This document shows, one piece after another, positions 31,982-43,507 of a stretch of 64,000 nt of DNA. The stretch is taken from the NCBI GenBank assembly GCA_963665115.1, contig OY762007.1, positions 96,001 through 160,000 of the forward strand. The letters run 5' to 3'. This stretch comes from an uncultured Rivularia sp. GTDB taxonomy: Bacteria; Cyanobacteriota; Cyanobacteriia; Cyanobacteriales; Nostocaceae. Both the position numbers and the translations under genes were made by a program. Below the pieces are notes generated by a model, which was not told where the DNA came from, ran no database searches, and was given only the letters and a program-made list of their open reading frames with translations. Within the stretch, counting starts at the first letter, position 1, and every line of letters begins with the position of its first letter.

Positions 31982-34900
31982 ATGGCTTATATAAATGATT
32001 TTAAAAGTTCAAAAACCAATAATTATCAGTATCAGGTTGGTGGTAGTTTAGAAAATGATGCTGCCTGTTATGTAGTGCGTGAGGCTGATGAGGAACTTTA
32101 TCAAGCTCTAAAAGCTGGAGAGTTTTGCTATGTATTTAACTCTCGACAAATGGGTAAGTCATCAATTATGGTACGCACCAGCCATAGATTAAAAGAAGAA
32201 GAATATAAATGTACTACTGTTGATATGAGTTGCGTTGGTAGCGAGCAAGTAACTCACGCTCAATGGTACAAAGGAGTAGTTGCTGAATTATGGCGAGGAT
32301 TTCGCTTATTTGGCAAGTTTGACTTAAAATCTTGGTGGCGTGAAGAGGAAGATATCTCAGTGCTTCAACGCTTGAGCCATTTTATCGAAGATGTGCTGTT
32401 AGTACAATTTCCAAAAGATAAAATAATTATATTTATTGATGAAATTGATAGTATTCTCAGTTTAGATTTTCCTGTAGATGATTTATTTGCTTTAATTCGC
32501 TTCTGCTATAACCAAAGAGCATTAAATCCAGAATATCATCGTCTAACTTTTGCTATTTTCGGAGTAGCTACACCAAGCGATTTAATAGCTGATAAAAATC
32601 GTACTCCATTTAATATTGGAAAGCCAATAGAGTTAAAGGGATTTACATTAGATAAAGCACAACATTTAGTTAAAGGTTTAGAAGGGAAAGTTAGCAATCC
32701 TCAAGGAGTTTTTCAAGAAATACTAGCTTGGACTAACGGACAGCCATTTCTCACTCAGAAACTTTGCAAAATGGTGAAAAATAGGGAATGTGTAATTTCA
32801 GAATCAGCAAATAATGTTCAAGATGAAGTTGACAAATTAGTCAATACGCAGATAATTCATAATTGGGAATCACAAGACGAACCCGAACATTTGAGAACTA
32901 TTAGAGATAGAATTCTCCAGCAACAGAAAGCAGGTAGATTGCTCGGTATATATCAGCAGATTTTACAAGGTGTAGAAGTAGAAGCAGATATCAGTAAAGA
33001 GCAAACAGAATTATTTTTATCTGGGTTAGTTATTAAAGACAATAATTTACTCAAAGTTAAAAATCGTATTTATGCAGAAGTATTTAATTTAAATTGGGTA
33101 GCAATAAAATTAACTCAATTACGTCCTTATTCCCAAGCTTTTGATGCTTGGATAATTTCACATCAAACAGATTCTTCACGGCTTTTGCAGGGAAAAGCTT
33201 TAAAAGATGCTAGAAAATGGACTCAAGGAAAAAGTTTAAGTGATTTAGACTATCAATTTTTAACAGCGTCCGAACAGTTTGATAATAATCAAATTCAGCA
33301 ACAATTAGAAGCGCAAAAAGTTAAGGAAATTGAAGCACGTTTCAAAGCAGAAACAAAAAGCGCTAGACGCTTGAATTCGTTGTTATTTGTAGTTAGCAGT
33401 GCTTTAATAATTGTAAGTATTTTAGCTTATATAACATTTGTAGCTTACCGTGAAGCAAAGTTGAATGAAGTTAAAGCCACGGCTACTTCTTCTAGAACTT
33501 TATTTGCATTGGAAAAACGTTTGGATGCATTGATTCTAGGGTTAAGAGCAAATAAGAAGTTTAAAGAATTTGGTGGAGTTGACTCTCCAACAAAAAGAAT
33601 AGTTAAAACTGCTTTAAGAAATGCTCTTTTTTCAGCAGTTGAATATAATCGTATTACTGGAATTGATGCTCAAGTTTGGGATGTTGATTTTAGCCCAAAT
33701 GGTAAAATTATTGCTACTGCTCATAGAGATAATACAATTCAACTTTGGACTCGTGATGGTAAAAACATTGCAATTTTAAAAGGTCATGAAAGTGCTGTTA
33801 GAAGTGTTAGTTTTAGTCCAGATGGACAATTTATTGCTTCTACCAGTAGAGATAAAACAATCAAGTTATGGGATAAAAAAGGTGTTTTACTAAAAACCTT
33901 AACAGTTCATAAAGATGTAGTTGCAAAAGTAGTTTTTAGTCCTGATAGTAAAATTTTTGCCTCCGCTAGCCAAGATAAAACAATTAAAATTTGGACTATC
34001 CACGGTGAATTACTGCGTAGCTTCAAAGCCCATAAAAATTGGATTCCGGAAATTGCTTTTAGCCCAGATGGTAAAAAAATTGCTTCTGCTAGTATCGATC
34101 GAACCGTGAAACTTTGGAATCTCAATGGTGAATTGCTACAAACTTTTAGTCACAACCAAGATGTTTGGACTGTAGATTTTAGTCCAGATGGTAAAACCAT
34201 TATTTCAGGAGGTTCTAACAAAACAATTAAAATTTGGCAAATAGAAGATGGAAAATTAATTGATACTTTAAAAAATCATATTTCTGGAGTATGGAAAGTA
34301 CGATTTAGTCCCGATGGTAAAACTATCGCTTCTGCAAGTTGGGATAAAACGATTAAATTATGGAATACGAATGGGGTTTTATTAAAAACGTTAAAAGGTC
34401 ATAATGGTAGAGTCCGAGGTTTAGCTTGGAGTCCCGACAGTGAAACACTTGCTTCTACAAGTGAAGATAAAACTATCAGATTTTGGAATTTAAATAATGC
34501 TTTAGTTAAAACTGTTTATGGTCATGCCAATGGAATAATTCGAGTTGCTGTTAGTTCGGATGGCAAAATGATAGCTTCGGCAAGCGATGATAACACCGTA
34601 AAACTTTGGAGTCGAGATGGTAGATTAATTCAAACTATCAAAGCTCATAATCGAGGTGTTCTTGATGTTGCATTTAATCCTAATAGCAAAATTATTGCTT
34701 CAGCAAGTAACGACGAACAAATTAAACTATGGACTATTGAAGGTAAAAAAATAGGAACTTTAAAAGGACATACTGCTCCCATTTGGTCTGTAAATTTTAG
34801 TCCCGATGGTAACACTCTTGTTTCAGGAAGTGAAGATGGTACGGTTAAATTATGGAATATTGATGGTAGTTTATTAAATACTATAAATACAGATCAAGGA

Positions 34901-35506
34901 ATAATTCGAGCAGTTGCATTTAGTCCCGACGGTAAAATTATTGCTTCCGGTGGAAAAAATAAAACTATTAAATTGTGGAATCGTCAAGGAAAACTGCTTA
35001 AAACCTTAAAAGGTCATTACGATAACGTTGTAGCAATTGCATTTAGTCCAAATGGTGAAATGATTGCTTCTGCAAGTTTGGATAAAAATATTAAGCTTTG
35101 GAATCGTAATGGTGAACTGATTAATACTTTGCAAGGACACAATACTGATGTGAGAGGAGTTACATTTCTTTCTACACCTCTTAGCTCCTCCGATAATAAT
35201 AAACAGCAAAAGCAGAAAAACTATATGATTGCTTCGGCTAGTGGTGACAATACAGTTAAATTGTGGAATACAAATGGAAAGTTAATTACAACCTTACAAG
35301 GACATAAAGGTGCTGTTTGGGATGTAGAATTTACTCCCGACGGAAAAACTCTTGTTTCCGGAAGCGAAGACAATACATTGATGCTGTGGAATTTAGAAAA
35401 AGTTATTGATAGCGACAAAGTTCTCGATTACGCTTGTGATTTAGTCAGGGATTATTTAAAAAATAGTGCAGAAGTTGACTCCGAAGATAGGTATTTGTGT
35501 GATTAA
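31982..35506 (+). CDS. AAA-like (AAA_35) STAND-type NTPase with a TM helix and ~14 WD40 repeats
   Basis: [31 protein letters not shown] segment; FSPDG..ASAS.D.T.KLW repeats. Confidence 0.88.
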   Translation: MAYINDFKSSKTNNYQYQVGGSLENDAACYVVREADEELYQALKAGEFCYVFNSRQMGKSSIMVRTSHRLKEEEYKCTTVDMSCVGSEQVTHAQWYKGVVAELWRGFRLFGKFDLKSWWREEEDISVLQRLSHFIEDVLLVQFPKDKIIIFIDEIDSILSLDFPVDDLFALIRFCYNQRALNPEYHRLTFAIFGVATPSDLIADKNRTPFNIGKPIELKGFTLDKAQHLVKGLEGKVSNPQGVFQEILAWTNGQPFLTQKLCKMVKNRECVISESANNVQDEVDKLVNTQIIHNWESQDEPEHLRTIRDRILQQQKAGRLLGIYQQILQGVEVEADISKEQTELFLSGLVIKDNNLLKVKNRIYAEVFNLNWVAIKLTQLRPYSQAFDAWIISHQTDSSRLLQGKALKDARKWTQGKSLSDLDYQFLTASEQFDNNQIQQQLEAQKVKEIEARFKAETKSARRLNSLLFVVSSALIIVSILAYITFVAYREAKLNEVKATATSSRTLFALEKRLDALILGLRANKKFKEFGGVDSPTKRIVKTALRNALFSAVEYNRITGIDAQVWDVDFSPNGKIIATAHRDNTIQLWTRDGKNIAILKGHESAVRSVSFSPDGQFIASTSRDKTIKLWDKKGVLLKTLTVHKDVVAKVVFSPDSKIFASASQDKTIKIWTIHGELLRSFKAHKNWIPEIAFSPDGKKIASASIDRTVKLWNLNGELLQTFSHNQDVWTVDFSPDGKTIISGGSNKTIKIWQIEDGKLIDTLKNHISGVWKVRFSPDGKTIASASWDKTIKLWNTNGVLLKTLKGHNGRVRGLAWSPDSETLASTSEDKTIRFWNLNNALVKTVYGHANGIIRVAVSSDGKMIASASDDNTVKLWSRDGRLIQTIKAHNRGVLDVAFNPNSKIIASASNDEQIKLWTIEGKKIGTLKGHTAPIWSVNFSPDGNTLVSGSEDGTVKLWNIDGSLLNTINTDQGIIRAVAFSPDGKIIASGGKNKTIKLWNRQGKLLKTLKGHYDNVVAIAFSPNGEMIASASLDKNIKLWNRNGELINTLQGHNTDVRGVTFLSTPLSSSDNNKQQKQKNYMIASASGDNTVKLWNTNGKLITTLQGHKGAVWDVEFTPDGKTLVSGSEDNTLMLWNLEKVIDSDKVLDYACDLVRDYLKNSAEVDSEDRYLCD

Positions 35507-35756
35507 TTAGTAATTGGGCATTGGGCATTGGGAATTGGTAATTGGTAATTACTGATGTCGAACAGTTAGGGAGCAAGATGCGAACACCGTGCAAATAGTA
35601 CCCTTCTCATCCTATACTCCCATGCCCAATCCCCTCTTCTCTATTACCAATTACCCATTCCCTTTTATCAAAATAGTTTTTGTCAAACTTTCGGTATAGG
35701 TTGAATTTAGCTAGCATAGCTACCATCAAAGACGGAAGCTTTCTTAGGACAATATC

Positions 35757-36839
35757 ATGACTAGCATCTCCTCTGTACCGGATTTTATCGAATCTTTGCT
35801 AGGTAACGAAGCGAAAGACTTGCTTACTCACAAAGCCAAAGTCTCTCAAAATATGCTCCATTTACCTGGAAGCGATTTTGTAGATAGAGTTTGGATTAAC
35901 AGCGATAGAAATCCCCAAGTATTGCGTAGTTTACAAGCTCTTTACTCTACCGGAAGACTTGCTAATACAGGTTATCTCTCGATTTTACCCGTAGATCAAG
36001 GTATCGAACATTCAGCAGGTGCTTCTTTTGCTCCAAACCCGATGTATTTCGATCCCGAAAATATTGTCAAACTAGCGATAGAAGGTGGTTGTAATGCAGT
36101 TGCTTCAACTTTGGGTGTATTAGGAATAGTTTCCCGTAAATATGCTCATAAAATTCCTTTTATCGTTAAAATTAATCACAACGAATTGCTTAACGTTCCC
36201 AATGGTTATGACCAAATTATGTTCGGTGATGTAGAACAAGCTTGGAAATTGGGTGCTGCTGCTGTGGGTGCCACAATTTACTTCGGTTCGGATAATTCTA
36301 CCCGACAAATCCAAGAAGTTAGCAAAGCCTTCAAACGCGCTCACGAGTTGGGAATGGCTACTATCTTATGGTGCTACTTGCGTAACAGTGCATTCAAGCA
36401 AGACAAAGATTATCACCTCTCAGCCGATTTATCATCTCAAGCCAATCACTTGGGTGTAACAATCGAAGCCGATATTATCAAGCAAAAAATGCCCGAAAAT
36501 AATAACGGTTATGGTGCAGTTGCGAAGGCGATCGGTACGAGCTACGGTAAGACTCACGATAAAGTTTATACCGACTTAACCACAGATCATCCCATCGACT
36601 TAACCCGCTATCAAGTATTAAATTGTTACTGCGGGCGTGCTGGTTTAATTAACTCCGGTGGTGCAACAGGTGAAAACGACTTTGCATCAGCAGTACGTAC
36701 CGCAATTATCAACAAGCGTGCTGGAGGTACCGGGTTAATTTCCGGACGTAAAGCATTCCAACGTCCCTTTGAAGACGGTGTTAAATTGTTCCACATGATT
36801 CAGGATATTTACTTATCTGATGCTGTGACGATCGCTTAG
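35757..36839 (+). CDS. fbaB: Class I fructose-bisphosphate aldolase
   Basis: [29 protein letters not shown] and GRKAFQ motifs. Confidence 0.92.
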   Translation: MTSISSVPDFIESLLGNEAKDLLTHKAKVSQNMLHLPGSDFVDRVWINSDRNPQVLRSLQALYSTGRLANTGYLSILPVDQGIEHSAGASFAPNPMYFDPENIVKLAIEGGCNAVASTLGVLGIVSRKYAHKIPFIVKINHNELLNVPNGYDQIMFGDVEQAWKLGAAAVGATIYFGSDNSTRQIQEVSKAFKRAHELGMATILWCYLRNSAFKQDKDYHLSADLSSQANHLGVTIEADIIKQKMPENNNGYGAVAKAIGTSYGKTHDKVYTDLTTDHPIDLTRYQVLNCYCGRAGLINSGGATGENDFASAVRTAIINKRAGGTGLISGRKAFQRPFEDGVKLFHMIQDIYLSDAVTIA

Positions 36840-37020
36840 GTTTGGTAATTGGTAATTGGTATTTTGTAGGGTGTGTTACGGCATTATAAATCTTGCGAGT
36901 AAACGAGATATTTTGATCAGCCGTAACGCACCATTTTTAGGCATGGATTAAACCACGATAATCCTATATTTATTATCAAAATTTTAGGCTTTAGAAACCC
37001 GGTTTTAATTTTCACTGAAT

Positions 37021-37360
37021 TTATTACGTTCTTGTAAACTTGCAACAGAGGTAGGCTTTGCAGCAGGCTCGGCTACTGGTGTTATAGCTGGAACCGCTAT
37101 CGGTAGAGCGATTGGCGCTTTTATTGGACAACATATAGCACTTTGCAGGTATATGAGGTACATTTCCCTACTCCCTACTCCCTACTCCCTACTTCCTCTA
37201 GAAACGATGTGTACCTCACTTAAATGAAATCTGCTGTATAGGTGTATGGTTGGCAAACTTCCTTTGGGAAAATGTTGTTAATAAAAGTGCTTTGTATTTT
37301 AAAGATAAGTTTTCTTGGTTTGGGTTGTTTCCCAACCGAGTGATTGCGAGAACTTGTTAA
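37021..37360 (+). pseudogene. Glycine-zipper gene remnant interrupted by a 103-bp MITE (37138-37240)
   Basis: Removing the insert restores ..GFAAGSATGVIAGTAIGRAIGAFIGQHI-GVWLANFLWENVV..; no start codon seen. Confidence 0.55.
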
Positions 37361-37452
37361 CCAAAGTAATTTGTAATTTTAATCTGGTGCGTTAAGCTGA
37401 AGTTATAACGCACCCTTGTATATTGATAATTTCGGCGACTGAAATTATAGCC

Positions 37453-38073
37453 ATGACTCAAACATTAAACAAAACAATAACATATGAAGAATTTATCGAA
37501 TGGAAGCCAGAAAATAAATTATATGAACTGCACAACGGGGTAATTATTGAAGTGGCTCAACCAATTGGTAAACATGAAAATGTTGTCGGATTTTTAATTG
37601 AAAAAATCTTAGTTGAGTATGTTCGTTTAAAATTACCTTATTTCATTGCTTCAAAGGTACTAGTAAAACCTGATGCTAAAGAATCTGCTTATTTGCCCGA
37701 TGTATTGCTACTAAATAAGCAAAATTTGAAGAATGAGCCATTGTATGAGCAAGAGTCTACTGTTTCTCAAAGTGAATCAATACCTTTAGTTGTAGAAGTT
37801 GTAAGCAGCAACTGGAGTGATGATTATGCTTTAAAGTTTGATGAATACGAAACCATAGGTATACCGGAATATGTAATAGTTGATTATTTAGGATTGGGTG
37901 GTAGAAAATTTATTGGTAATCCCAAACAACCTACGATTACTGTCTGTCAATTAGAGGATGGTGAGTATAAAAGCACTTTATATAAAAATGATGAGGTAGT
38001 TCAATTAAAATCATTCCCTGATTTAAAATTGACTGCTGAAGAAATTTTTCAATCTGCTTATATCGAAAATTAA
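37453..38073 (+). CDS. Uma2 family PD-(D/E)XK endonuclease
   Basis: YELHNG, PDV, LVVEVVS, DDY..K..EY...GIPEY.IVD motifs. Confidence 0.88.
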   Translation: MTQTLNKTITYEEFIEWKPENKLYELHNGVIIEVAQPIGKHENVVGFLIEKILVEYVRLKLPYFIASKVLVKPDAKESAYLPDVLLLNKQNLKNEPLYEQESTVSQSESIPLVVEVVSSNWSDDYALKFDEYETIGIPEYVIVDYLGLGGRKFIGNPKQPTITVCQLEDGEYKSTLYKNDEVVQLKSFPDLKLTAEEIFQSAYIEN

Positions 38074-38107
38074 GTCTTGCCATTCCTTCCAATCCCCTAT
38101 TCCCTTC

Positions 38108-38202
38108 ATTCCTTAGAACAGTTAGAAAATCTTGGAGAAGCATTGCCTGATTTTAGCAGTATGGCTGATTTAGCAGCTTGGATCGAAGAGCTTGAAAGTT
38201 AG
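38108..38202 (+). pseudogene. Remnant of an Rpn/DUF4351 C-terminus
   Basis: SLEQLENLGEALPDFSSMADLAAWIEELES*, similar to the ends of the 38538 and 44927 genes. Confidence 0.7.
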
Positions 38203-38537
38203 CTTGTAGCTAGGCTTCACGGTTCACACGGATATAAGTTTTGAGTAAATAATTTATATTTGAACCTTTTCCCAACATTCTTCTCATCAGTTTTTTACAA
38301 TATTTATCTGTAATCATTATGTTGGGTTACGACACGATAAACAAAGATTCTCATTACAAGTAAAATTTGTTAAACGTGTCTAACCCAACCTACGAACTAG
38401 ATTTTACATAGATTTAATCAACTAAAATTTATCATTTAAAACGCTGCGTTATAGTCTAAGCTGTAACGCATCTTATTATTTATAATTCTGTACAAAATAA
38501 TGTTATTAGTAATTTTAAAAGCTAATAAAATCATCTC

Positions 38538-39392
38538 ATGCGCCGAGATTCTATATTCTATAAACTGTTTCAACAATACCCAAGTTTACTGTTTGAATTG
38601 TTGACAAACCCACCAGAAAATGCATCGAAATACAGATTCGATTCAGTAGCAGTTAAAGAACCAAAATTTGAAATTGATGGGGTATTTCTTCCACCGAAAA
38701 ATGAAAGTCCAGGTGCTGTATATTTCTGTGAAGTGCAGTTTCAAAAGGACGAAAGATTATACGAAAGAGTATTTGCAGAATCTTCCTTATACTTCTACCG
38801 TAACCGCGACCGATTCAACGATTGGCAAGTTGTAATAATTTACCCTTCCCGTAATACAGAACAAAGCGAGATTTTTCCCCATCGCGGACAACTCAACAGC
38901 CCTCAAGTCCGAAGGGTATATCTGAATGAATTGGGAAATATTCGCGAATTACCTGTATGGGTAGCGCTGATGGTTTTGACTACCGTAAACGAACAACAAG
39001 CACCCGAAGAAGCTAGGTATTTAATATCACGTTCTTCCACCGAACAGCCAGAAACTAGAAGTCAGGTAATAATAGATTTAATCACGACGATAATAGCGTA
39101 CAGATTTGAACAACTTAGTCGAAGCGAGGTCGAAACAATGTTAGGAATTACCCTCAAAGAAACCAGAATGTATCAAGACATTAAGGAAGAAGGGAAAGAA
39201 GAGGGAAGAGAAGTAGAAGCGCGATCGCTCATCCTCCGTCTACTAACTCGAAGAGTCGGAGAATTACCATCACCAGTTCGTCAACGTGTTGAAGATCTTT
39301 CCCTAGAACAATTAGAAAATCTCGGAGAAGCGTTGCTTGATTTTAACAGCATGGCCAATTTACAAACTTGGTTGGAGGAAGTTAGTAGTTAG
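38538..39392 (+). CDS. Rpn family (DUF2887 + DUF4351) PD-(D/E)XK nuclease
   Basis: MRRDSIFY, EIDGVF, FCEVQFQ, EEG repeats, LEQLENLGEALLDF. Confidence 0.85.
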   Translation: MRRDSIFYKLFQQYPSLLFELLTNPPENASKYRFDSVAVKEPKFEIDGVFLPPKNESPGAVYFCEVQFQKDERLYERVFAESSLYFYRNRDRFNDWQVVIIYPSRNTEQSEIFPHRGQLNSPQVRRVYLNELGNIRELPVWVALMVLTTVNEQQAPEEARYLISRSSTEQPETRSQVIIDLITTIIAYRFEQLSRSEVETMLGITLKETRMYQDIKEEGKEEGREVEARSLILRLLTRRVGELPSPVRQRVEDLSLEQLENLGEALLDFNSMANLQTWLEEVSS

Positions 39393-39503
39393 GAGTTAAG
39401 AGTGAGGAGTGAGGAGTTAGGAATTAGGAGTTAGGAATGAGGAGTTAATTTTTCTACCCCCTCTTCCCCCTCTACCCCCTCTACCCCCTCTTCCCCTTCT
39501 TCC

Positions 39504-39734
39504 CTATTCCTCCATCTCCTCAACAACTTCCTTCCTATCCGTCAACGGCTTCACAACTTTCGCTATAGCCTCCGATATAAAAGCCTTCACAAATTCATCC
39601 CGACGATTTAATTGAAACTGCCTTTGCACTACTTCCGTCATTCCTCCATCACCCCAATCTTGATCGTGACGGAAATATTCGATAAAACTCTTACCGGCAA
39701 TTCTGGTTAAGTAAGCTGCGGTTACTCCTTGAAT
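39504..39734 (-). pseudogene. Duplicated 3' end of the YcjF-like GTPase gene
   Basis: Colinear with 45896-46129 (IQGVTAAYLTRIAGKSFIEYFRHDQDWGDGG...). Confidence 0.9.
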
Positions 39735-40000
39735 AAATTCCCTAACACTAGGGTTGCGACGTTGAATTATAAGTATTAAAAATTACATTTTATCCAAATA
39801 AATAGTTTATAAAACTTAAGATGTAAGATGCCTATTGAGTTATATGCTTTAATACAATCTTCTAATTTTTTTATAGCGACAGAATTATTTTTGATTAAAT
39901 TACATACTGGTATACAAATAGTAAAATAGATCGAAATACTAATAAAACAATACTTCAAACAAAAAGTAGTCGCTAATTTTTACATTTTATTGTTGTTTTC

Positions 40001-41386
40001 ATGCTGGACACGATATTAAATAGTCGCTATCACATCATCAAAAAATTGGGTGGTGGTGGGTTTGGAGAAACATTTCTTGCTTGCGATCGCTGGTTGGAGG
40101 ATGAGAAATGTGTTGTAAAGCAACTTAAACCGGATACCATGAGTCCGGTAACAGTGCGATTGTTTGAGAGAGAGGCACAGTTTTTAACTAAATTGGGCGT
40201 TCACAACCAAATTCCTCAACTTTTAGCTCATTTTCAGCAAGATGATAATTTTTATTTAGTACAAGAGTTTGTCGAAGGACATGATTTATTACAAGAAATA
40301 ACTCCCGGAAAACTCTGGGATGAAAGCGATGTTATCTATTTATTAGAAGAAATTTTAAAAATACTTAAGTTTGTACATAAGAACAACATTATTCACCGCG
40401 ATATCAAGCCAGCAAATATTATGCGTCGGCACAAAGATAACAAAATCGTACTGATTGACTTTGGTGGAGTCAAACAAGTTAAAGCTCAGACAGATTCTAC
40501 AATGTTAACTCCTGTTGTCGGTACGCACGGGTATATGCCAGATGAACAGTTTAGAAATAACGCTCAACTTTGCAGTGATATCTATGCTGTGGGAATGTTA
40601 GGGATTCAAGCCTTGACGGGGATAGAGCCGAAGCAACTCTTAAGAGATGCGAAAACCGGACAACAGCTATGGCAGGATAAAGCCAAAGTAAGCGAAGGAT
40701 TGGCAAATGTCATAGATAAGATGGTGAGGTTTCACTTTACCGAGCGCTATCAATCAGCAGATGAAGCCTTGGAATCTGTAAAAAATTTATTGCTTAGGGC
40801 ATCATACTGGTTTGAGCGCGGCGATCAATTATTGCAGTCAAAAGTTTATAAGCAGGGGATTAAAGCTTATAACGAAGCTATCAAAATTAAACCAGATTAC
40901 CATCAAGCTTGGTATAGTCGCGGCATCGCATTACGCAAATTGAGGCGGTACGTTGAAGCGATTGACTCTTATGACCAGGCTATCAAAATTAAACCAGATT
41001 ATTATCATGCTTGGTATGGTCGCGCTTGGGTGCTAGATGAATTGGATAGGTATGAAGAGGCGATCGCCTCTTATAATCGAGCAATTCAAATTAAACCAAA
41101 TTGTCATTATGCTTTATACAATCGGGGCATAGCGCTATATAGCCAGAAAAAGTATGAAGAAGCAATATCCTCCTTTGATAAAGCAATTGAAAATAAACGG
41201 CATCTTCCCCAAGCTTGGTATCATCGCGGGATAGCGCTGTACGATCTAGAAAACTACAAAGAAGCATTAAAATCTTTTGATGAAGCACTCTCAATTCAAC
41301 CAGACTACGAATTAGCCAGAGAAAACCGCGATTTAGCTGAGAAAAAGTTACAAAAACCGTTCTTTATGAAGTGGTTGGGTAAGTAA
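40001..41386 (+). CDS. Ser/Thr protein kinase with C-terminal TPRs
   Basis: LGGGGFG, VVK, HRDIKPAN, DFG, GT.GYM; TPR repeats. Confidence 0.9.
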   Translation: MLDTILNSRYHIIKKLGGGGFGETFLACDRWLEDEKCVVKQLKPDTMSPVTVRLFEREAQFLTKLGVHNQIPQLLAHFQQDDNFYLVQEFVEGHDLLQEITPGKLWDESDVIYLLEEILKILKFVHKNNIIHRDIKPANIMRRHKDNKIVLIDFGGVKQVKAQTDSTMLTPVVGTHGYMPDEQFRNNAQLCSDIYAVGMLGIQALTGIEPKQLLRDAKTGQQLWQDKAKVSEGLANVIDKMVRFHFTERYQSADEALESVKNLLLRASYWFERGDQLLQSKVYKQGIKAYNEAIKIKPDYHQAWYSRGIALRKLRRYVEAIDSYDQAIKIKPDYYHAWYGRAWVLDELDRYEEAIASYNRAIQIKPNCHYALYNRGIALYSQKKYEEAISSFDKAIENKRHLPQAWYHRGIALYDLENYKEALKSFDEALSIQPDYELARENRDLAEKKLQKPFFMKWLGK

Positions 41387-41387
41387 T

Positions 41388-43449
41388 ATGAAAGGTGAAA
41401 AACTCAACAGTCGCTACCGCATCATCGAAAAATTAGGACGTGGGGGATTTGGGGAAACCTATCTTGCCACTGATGAATGGCTTGAAGTTGATAATTACTG
41501 TGTAGTTAAGCAACTCAGACCTAATATTGTTAATAAATATACTTTACGTTTATTTGAGCAAGAAGCACAGGTTTTATTTAAATTGGGAACTCACGACCAG
41601 ATTCCCCAGCTTTTAGCCCACTTCGAGCAAGAAGAAAAATTTTATTTAGTACAAGAATATATTGCAGGGACACGATTTATCTGAAGAAATTGAAGAAGGT
41701 AAACGCTGGGATGAAGCTGAAGTAATTGAATTATTAAAGCAAATTCTTACAGTATTAGGATTTGTACATCACAATAACGTGATTCACCGCGACATTAAAC
41801 CAGGAAATATCATGCGTCGTAGTGATGGCAAAATTGTTTTGATTGATTTTGGAGGAGTTAAGCAACTTACAACTCAAACTACTGCTGCAAAGGTATCAAC
41901 TCACGCTGTTGGTACACCAGGTTATATGCCTCAAGAGCAAATTTATAATAATACTCAACCTTGCAGCGATATTTATGCTGTGGGAATGCTAGCCATTGAA
42001 GCGCTTATTGGTGAAGATGCAATTGATATTCCTACAGATTCTAAAACTTATCAACCAATTTGGCGAGATAAAGCTGATGTAAGTGAGAAATTCGCAGATG
42101 TGATTGATAAGATGGTGCGGTTTAGCTTTGAGGAGCGCTATCAATCAGTTAGTGAAGTTTTATATGTGATCGAAAACCTATCCTTGGGTGCATTAGATTA
42201 TTATCAAAAAGGTGAAAAGTTATATACATTAGGGAAATATGAGAAAGCAGTTGTAGAGTTTGATAAAGCAATTGAAATGCAGCCAGATTTTTATCAAGCT
42301 TGGACGGAAAAAGGTTTGGCTTTGCGAGAATTAAAAAAATATGATAAAGCGCTTTATTTTTGTAATAAAGCAATTAATCTAAAACCAGATTATGCTAAAG
42401 CTTGGACAGGTAAAGCTTGGGCTTTAAGTAAATTAGAAAAGTATCAAGAAGCATTAGCAGCTTATCAGCAAGCAATTTATATTCGTCCGAATAATTATAA
42501 AGCTTGGACGGGTAAAGCTGAAGCTCTAATAGACTTGAATAAATACGAAGAAGCTCTTGAATGTTGCGATAGAGCTATTGAAATAGAACCTAGCTATATC
42601 GATACTTGGATTAAGTATAGCTACGTATTGCTAAAGCTTAAAAGTTATAGTGAAGCGCTAGCTTGTTCTAATCGAGCTATTGAATATGAGCCAGATTCTG
42701 ATTTAGCTTGGACTGTTCGCGGTATGGTGCTGAATAATTTAGAACAGTATGATGAAGCTGTGCAAGCTTTTAAAGAAGCAACACATATTAATCCACATAA
42801 TTATCAAGCTTTTTATGGCTGGGGCAATACTTTATTCAATAATAAAAAGTATGAAAAAGCTATTAGATATTATGGTTTAGCGATTGAATATAAACCAGAT
42901 TTTGCCGATGCTTTGTATCAACGAGGAAAGTCGCTATTACAATTAAAAAGTAATCAAGAAGCCTTGGATTATATCGATAAAGCAATCGATATTCAACAAG
43001 ATAACAGTTTATATTGGGAAGCTCGCGCTACGGTTTTGAAACAATTGGTAAGATACGAAGAATCTCTAACGGCTATTGATAAATCGGTAGAAATCGAACC
43101 ACATAAACATACTAGTTGGCTCCTTCATAGTGAGGTGCTATATGCATTAGCAAGATATCAAGAATCTATTGATTCCTACGATAAAGCATTAAATATCAAA
43201 CCTGATTATAAGTTAGCAATAAAACAACGCAAGCAAGCAGTAAGAAAAGCTGTAGCGCCAAAGATTTTACTTGCTTTAATTCCTGCGTTTTACATTATAA
43301 TTTTCACTGTGCTTTTAACTAAAGCTTTAACTAATCAAAGTGTTTGGTCTATGCTATTTTGGCTTTTTATTTTACCTGTAACTGCAATCACAATTAATAT
43401 CGCATTTGCTTACTTATTTATAAAAATTATTAAAACATTTGCAGATTGA
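41388..43449 (+). CDS. Ser/Thr protein kinase with TPRs and two C-terminal TM helices (+1 frameshift near 41668)
   Basis: The two ORFs join as VQEYIAG-HDLSEE after one G is removed; HRDIKPGN, DFG, GTPGYM. Confidence 0.85.
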
Positions 43450-43507
43450 TTTACTATCAAAAATATATAATTTAAATACAAGTTACTACTATTATTATTA
43501 AATAAAT

